10,954 nucleotides of DNA, from contig JBIKWN010000076.1 of assembly GCA_044356295.1 (NCBI GenBank), positions 1 to 10,954 on the forward strand. Reading direction: 5' to 3'. This stretch comes from Bdellovibrionota bacterium (lineage in GTDB: Bacteria; Bdellovibrionota_C; UBA2361; JBIKWN01). The position numbers and the translations under genes are program-made. Below, piece by piece: positions 7,011 through 10,954 of the stretch; within the stretch, counting starts at the first letter, position 1, and each line of letters opens with the position of its first letter. The notes under the pieces were generated by a model that worked only from the letters and a program-made list of their open reading frames with translations, did not search any database and was not told the DNA's origin.

Positions 7011-8975
7011 CTAAATAAACTGAGGGTGGTTTCTAATTCTAAAGATAAAATCCTCACGCTCAGATTCCTCTAAGTCTGCAGGAAACTGTGAATGACTTCT
7101 TTCCCAGCGAGAAAGCCATTTTGCATCAAGCAGAGGATAAGATTCTTTTTTGGCAGCTTCGGCTGTGAGCATCACAGTTGTTTCTGTTTTTTTCCCAGTT
7201 GCACTTCCATATGCTACATAAAATCCAGCAGCAAGAAGAGCAGCTCGAACCCTGGTAGCAGCTGAAAAAGTAAATCCTGACCAAGAACCAGATCCAATCG
7301 ATGCAAAAAGAGTTTGAAAAGTTTTATAGGTCCAAAGAGGGCTATCTACTTTATAAGAAAATGGATCGTAATACACAATATCGGGCAAAGAAGCCGCAGG
7401 ATAGGTTTTCATAAAATCATCAAGGTACAGATTCCACTGAAACTGTTCAGCAGTAATTTTTTTCTGGTTATAAAGCTCTGTGACCCAAGGATGTTGAGCA
7501 TGTGGAAATTTTGCTTTCTTTGATAAAACTAATTCAAGTGGCTCAAGGGTGATTTCAAAGCTTTCAATAAGTAGGTTACAAACTTTCTCTCCTTGCTCTT
7601 TAAGAGCAAGCCAACAAGAAATAGCACCCATCGCATTTGTGGCAGCACCGAGCCCAACATCCCAAATAGTAACTTGAGGTTCTGACAAGAATCTCTCTTT
7701 TAATTTTGCCTGCTCAACATATAATGTATTTGATTCTCGGTAAGGATCTTCTGAGGAGTGCATAACTTCTCCTGAATCTCGGTGTCGAATTGAAACGACA
7801 TATTTATTCTCTCGATTTTTTCTCTCAACAATTTCGTAAATTTTGCCTGGTGTCGTCTCTTCTTCCTCTGAAAATAATTTTCTTGTTTTTTCGTAATAAT
7901 CACCAAAGGTACCTTGCCTGAGGTTGGTGCGGATATCATTCATGATAGCTCCATAGAAATGAATATTATGAAGCCCTATCCAAGAGTGGCTACTTACATC
8001 ATATGTTTTAATTAAGTGATGAAGATAACTTCTGGTGTAATTTTTACAGGTAAAGCAATCACACTGTGAATCGATTGGGTTTTGATCATCAAAGAAGATA
8101 CTTTTTCGAAGATCAATTTTTCCGGTTCGATTAAAAGCAACACCTTGTTGCCCAAGCATCGTAGGCAACACACAATCAAACATATCAATGCCGCGAGAAA
8201 CTGCTTCAAGTATATCAAGTGGAGTACCAACACCCATAAGGTACCGCGGTTTTCCTTCAGGTAAGTATGAAGCAACAAGTCCTGTCATTGCTTCACGCTC
8301 ATCTTTTCCTTCTCCAACGGCAAGTCCACCGATAGCGATTCCACAAAAAGGCATTTCACTAATTGCCTGTGCACTTTCAATACGAAGTTTTTCAAAGCAG
8401 GCACCTTGTACAATCCCAAACATCCCCTGAGTGGAATCCTGCTTAGCAACTAAAGAACGTTTAGCCCAACGATGAGTCAATTGCATTGCTCGTGCTGCAT
8501 CATCATAGGTTGTTGTTGATGGAACACATTCATCGAGAACCATCATGATATCACTTTGGAAAGCTCTTTGTGCTTCGATGCTTATTTCAGGGGATAGAAA
8601 AATTTTTTCACCGTTTACATGATTTCTAAATACGGCACCCTCTTCTGTGATTTTTCTTGCATGAGAGAGAGAAAAAATTTGAAACCCTCCTGAATCGGTA
8701 AGAAAACCGTATGGCCATTTTGAAAACTCACGGATCCCAGTCCCTTTATTAGTAAAGAATGAAGCTCCTGGACGAAGAATAAGATGATAGGTATTAGCCA
8801 AAAGCATTTGGAAACCCATCTGTTCAATTTCACTTATTCGTTGAGAGCGTATTGCAGCATGAGTCCCAACAGGCATAAAAATAGGAGTCTCAACATCTGC
8901 ATGAGCTGTTTTTAAGTGCCCTAACCTAGCTTTAGTAGAGGAACATTTTTTTTGTATCGTGAATGAAACGCTCAT
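7011..8975 (-). CDS. tgt: tRNA-guanine transglycosylase (aa ~1-368) fused to MnmC2/MnmD-like SAM-dependent methyltransferase (aa ~378-654)
   Basis: TGT motifs: TPIFMPVGT, NTYHL, TDSGGFQ, MVLDEC, GIVQG, GGLAVGE, PRYLMGVG, DMFDCV, and Zn site C305-x-C307-x2-C310 with H336. Methyltransferase motifs: GEVMHS, WDVGLGAATN, ESFE, DIVYYDPFS..DSPLWT, TFSAATRVRAALLAAGF and GKKTE. One continuous reading frame. Confidence 0.92.
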   Translation of the reverse strand: MSVSFTIQKKCSSTKARLGHLKTAHADVETPIFMPVGTHAAIRSQRISEIEQMGFQMLLANTYHLILRPGASFFTNKGTGIREFSKWPYGFLTDSGGFQIFSLSHARKITEEGAVFRNHVNGEKIFLSPEISIEAQRAFQSDIMMVLDECVPSTTTYDDAARAMQLTHRWAKRSLVAKQDSTQGMFGIVQGACFEKLRIESAQAISEMPFCGIAIGGLAVGEGKDEREAMTGLVASYLPEGKPRYLMGVGTPLDILEAVSRGIDMFDCVLPTMLGQQGVAFNRTGKIDLRKSIFFDDQNPIDSQCDCFTCKNYTRSYLHHLIKTYDVSSHSWIGLHNIHFYGAIMNDIRTNLRQGTFGDYYEKTRKLFSEEEETTPGKIYEIVERKNRENKYVVSIRHRDSGEVMHSSEDPYRESNTLYVEQAKLKERFLSEPQVTIWDVGLGAATNAMGAISCWLALKEQGEKVCNLLIESFEITLEPLELVLSKKAKFPHAQHPWVTELYNQKKITAEQFQWNLYLDDFMKTYPAASLPDIVYYDPFSYKVDSPLWTYKTFQTLFASIGSGSWSGFTFSAATRVRAALLAAGFYVAYGSATGKKTETTVMLTAEAAKKESYPLLDAKWLSRWERSHSQFPADLEESEREDFIFRIRNHPQFI

Positions 8976-9054
8976 TTGGTCTAATGCTGTGTTCTAAGAT
9001 AAATCTGTGCTAAAAAGTAAGTTACAGAAAGCTGTATTAAAATATTTAAGTTCT

Positions 9055-10017
9055 ATGACCCAACAAAATTCCCAACGAATTAAAATTGGTACGAGAGGCA
9101 GCGACCTTGCCCTCTATCAAACTAATTTTGTTCGAAATGCTCTGTGTGAGAAATTTCCCTCTCTTAGCATCGACATTATAGAGATTAAAACACTTGGTGA
9201 CAAAAAACAGGGCACTTCACAGGCGGCCTTTGGTGATAAAAAAGACTGGGTCTATGAACTAGAGATGGCTTTACTTGATCAATCGATAGATATAGCTATT
9301 CATTGTGGTAAAGATATTCCTGGAAATACTGAACCTGGACTCTCGCTGATTCCTGTCATGGAACGAGAGAGTCCATACGATATTTTCATTGGACGAAAAA
9401 AAGAATCTGGTGGAAGATTTTCTTTTGAAGAAACGTTGTCGCAATATTCACATTCAGGATCTTTTAAAATTGGCACTGCTAGCCTTCGAAGAAAAGCTGC
9501 AATAAAGAAATCATACCCTCTTACAGAACTCGTAGATCATAGAGGTAATGTTCCAACCCGAATTAAAAAGCTTGATGAAGACTCATCGCTTTCAGGAATA
9601 ATCCTTGCTGAAGCAGGTGTAGTTCGATTGAAAGCGCTTTCCAAAAATGAATTTTCAAGAATACCATTTTCAATTTCAGTCCCTGCAATGAATCAAGGAA
9701 TACTTGCAGCGCAGTTTCGAGATGATAATTTTGATATTAAAGATAAGCTCGAAGCGATTTCTTCAATAGACTTGAAATCAATCTTTTTTGCAGAGAGAGA
9801 AGTAGCAAAAATTTTGGAGGGCGATTGTAAAACTGCTATCGGAATCTTTGCTGAGCTTAAGACTAAAGAGCAAGGAACACTTTACTGTGAAGTCTATGAT
9901 CCAAATGGAATAAAAAGTATTAAATCTTCTAAAGATTTTGCCCTTTCTGATTGGAAGAGTGCAGCAAACGCACTTTGTGATGAGCTCATTATGCACGGCG
10001 CAAAAGCTCTTTTGTAG
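9055..10017 (+). CDS. hemC: Hydroxymethylbilane synthase (porphobilinogen deaminase), divergent
   Basis: IKIGTRGSDLALYQ, IKTLGD, DIAIHCGKDIP, GTASLRR, RGNVPTRIKKLD, ILAEAGVVRL, PAMNQG and AERE...LEGDC (cofactor-attachment Cys). ATG at 9055 is preferred to GTG at 9007 because homologs start a few residues before IGTR. Confidence 0.92.
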   Translation: MTQQNSQRIKIGTRGSDLALYQTNFVRNALCEKFPSLSIDIIEIKTLGDKKQGTSQAAFGDKKDWVYELEMALLDQSIDIAIHCGKDIPGNTEPGLSLIPVMERESPYDIFIGRKKESGGRFSFEETLSQYSHSGSFKIGTASLRRKAAIKKSYPLTELVDHRGNVPTRIKKLDEDSSLSGIILAEAGVVRLKALSKNEFSRIPFSISVPAMNQGILAAQFRDDNFDIKDKLEAISSIDLKSIFFAEREVAKILEGDCKTAIGIFAELKTKEQGTLYCEVYDPNGIKSIKSSKDFALSDWKSAANALCDELIMHGAKALL

Positions 10018-10028
10018 TTTTCTTACAG

Positions 10029-10811
10029 TTAAGGTATCTGCTTCACTGGGTGATAGATTTTATTCCAACGTAACCCTGCTCGTTTAAACCCTGGACGCCA
10101 TCGTAGGGTTCCTTCATCTAATCGACCAATAGGAGTTGGAGGGGTTCCGATGTAAAAATTCTTATTTTCACGAATTCGAAATGGACCGTTACCGCCAAAA
10201 TCACCAATTGTAAAATGATTGCGATGAAGAAGTGTTGGAATAAGAACTTCAGAATGTCCTTTCCACCCTTCGCTTAGTTTTAAATCAATAAACTGCAATG
10301 CTTTTTTTGAAATACGATAGATTGGATGAAAACAACGGATTCTTTCTTCCAGAGGAATTGAATCAGTGTGATGTTCTAAATTCCAAAAAAACCAATATGG
10401 TTCTTCTTGAAAGGTATGTATATGAGAGGCTACAAAATCATACTGAGTTTCATGAAATGATTGAAAAAAAGTTTTCCAAAATCCCCTAAATCGAACATCA
10501 AACTCGATAATCCAAAAGTAATCATATTCTGGATGTGCTCTTGCAAAATGAATAAGTGAAAAAGGAGCACTTCCAGGAACTACTGTTTCTGCGATCATTT
10601 GGAATCCTAGGTTTTTCAGGTCGGGCAATGAGCAGTAGTGAATAGGAAGTTGATCTGTATGGCTGGGTGGTTGAGAAGCGTTTTTTTGCTCACCTTGAAA
10701 GAGTATCCATGTATCACCGAATGAGTTCGTGGCTTTCGCTATTTTACTAGCCTCATGACGCACACTGTCATTATCTAAATGAGTAAGGATCAGGAAGGCG
10801 CCTCGTGGCAT
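10029..10811 (-). CDS. DUF3405-like protein, probable GT-A-fold glycosyltransferase/glycan-modifying enzyme
   Basis: YDYFWIIEFDVRFRGFW (ExD in a DxD-like context), PIYRISKKAL, GHSEVLIPTL and C-terminal IYHPVK match my recollection of DUF3405 proteins. A GGAG lies upstream of the ATG. Confidence 0.6.
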   Translation of the reverse strand: MPRGAFLILTHLDNDSVRHEASKIAKATNSFGDTWILFQGEQKNASQPPSHTDQLPIHYCSLPDLKNLGFQMIAETVVPGSAPFSLIHFARAHPEYDYFWIIEFDVRFRGFWKTFFQSFHETQYDFVASHIHTFQEEPYWFFWNLEHHTDSIPLEERIRCFHPIYRISKKALQFIDLKLSEGWKGHSEVLIPTLLHRNHFTIGDFGGNGPFRIRENKNFYIGTPPTPIGRLDEGTLRWRPGFKRAGLRWNKIYHPVKQIP

Positions 10812-10882
10812 TTTAGTTGGGGCTCCGCAAAAAGGGTTTCTGAGTTATAGAATCATAGAGATAAGATTATGGGGTTGCAAAT

Positions 10883-10954
10883 TCAGCTTGGGTTCCTTCC
10901 CCCTTTATTTTCGAGTAGAAAGTTATTGAAGATATTTTTAGTAACGCGAAGGTC
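10883..10954 (-). CDS. Possible C-terminal end of an upstream gene entering from the right edge (...DLRVTKNIFNNFLLENKGGRNPS*)
   Basis: Open frame from the window edge to TGA at 10883-10885, on the same strand as the DUF3405-like gene. A second frame is also open, so the frame is uncertain. Confidence 0.25.
   Translation of the reverse strand, partial: DLRVTKNIFNNFLLENKGGRNPS

Noticed and set aside
8946..8953. A8 tract (coding strand) near the tgt 5' end, and another at 505-512, as phase-variation sites
   Set aside because: Both are in frame and encode Lys runs, and 8-mers are expected in AT-rich DNA.
7011..8975. DpdA-type DNA deazaguanine modification/defence system
   Set aside because: The TGT domain closely follows bacterial tRNA TGT motifs, and no dpdB/C, helicase or que genes are in the window.
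9005..9036. CTGT/ACAG elements in the tgt-hemC divergent region resembling an SOS box
   Set aside because: Spacing is CTGT-N15-ACAG rather than N8, and the TACAG-N4-CTGTA inverted repeat has the opposite orientation. Too short to support a call.
9007..9054. GTG-initiated 16-aa N-terminal extension of HemC
   Set aside because: It has no similarity to HemC N-termini and would leave only 31 bp for two divergent promoters. ATG 9055 is more plausible.
1725..10489. The 60-88 aa ORFs in the supplied track that lie inside or across larger genes
   Set aside because: They are shadow frames of well-supported genes and have no recognisable motifs.
1..10954. CRISPR array, tRNA/rRNA genes, IS elements, prophage genes or tandem repeats
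   Set aside because: Nearly all bases are protein coding. I saw no repeat-spacer pattern, cloverleaf, terminal inverted repeats or transposase/integrase motifs by eye.
10869..10954. Plus-strand ORF start MGLQIQLGFLPPLFSSRK... running off the edge
   Set aside because: Only 28 codons, with no convincing SD or family match, and it conflicts with the possible minus-strand gene end.

Overview
AT-rich bacterial chromosomal window with no RNA genes, CRISPR array or mobile element that I can support. A minus-strand cluster runs RmlC-like cupin -> YyaL/SSP411 thioredoxin-domain protein -> possible 47-aa ORF -> ABCD/YddA/BacA-type ABC half-transporter -> a large signal-peptide-bearing helical protein. 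That last gene overlaps the transporter stop by ATGA, runs off the left edge and is missing from the supplied ORF track. To the right lie a GT2 glycosyltransferase (+), a 654-aa fusion of tRNA-guanine transglycosylase (TGT) with an MnmC2/MnmD-type SAM methyltransferase (-), a divergent stand-alone hemC (+) and a DUF3405-like putative glycosyltransferase (-). The standout is the TGT-methyltransferase fusion. Its preQ1 pocket and catalytic aspartates are intact, but both arginines of the DCVxPTRxxR RNA-recognition motif are lost, and the fused family methylates aminomethyl groups at tRNA position 34. This suggests a possible novel N-methyl-preQ1 modification or a non-canonical nucleic acid target. 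All motif comparisons were made by eye against remembered reference sequences; no searches were run.
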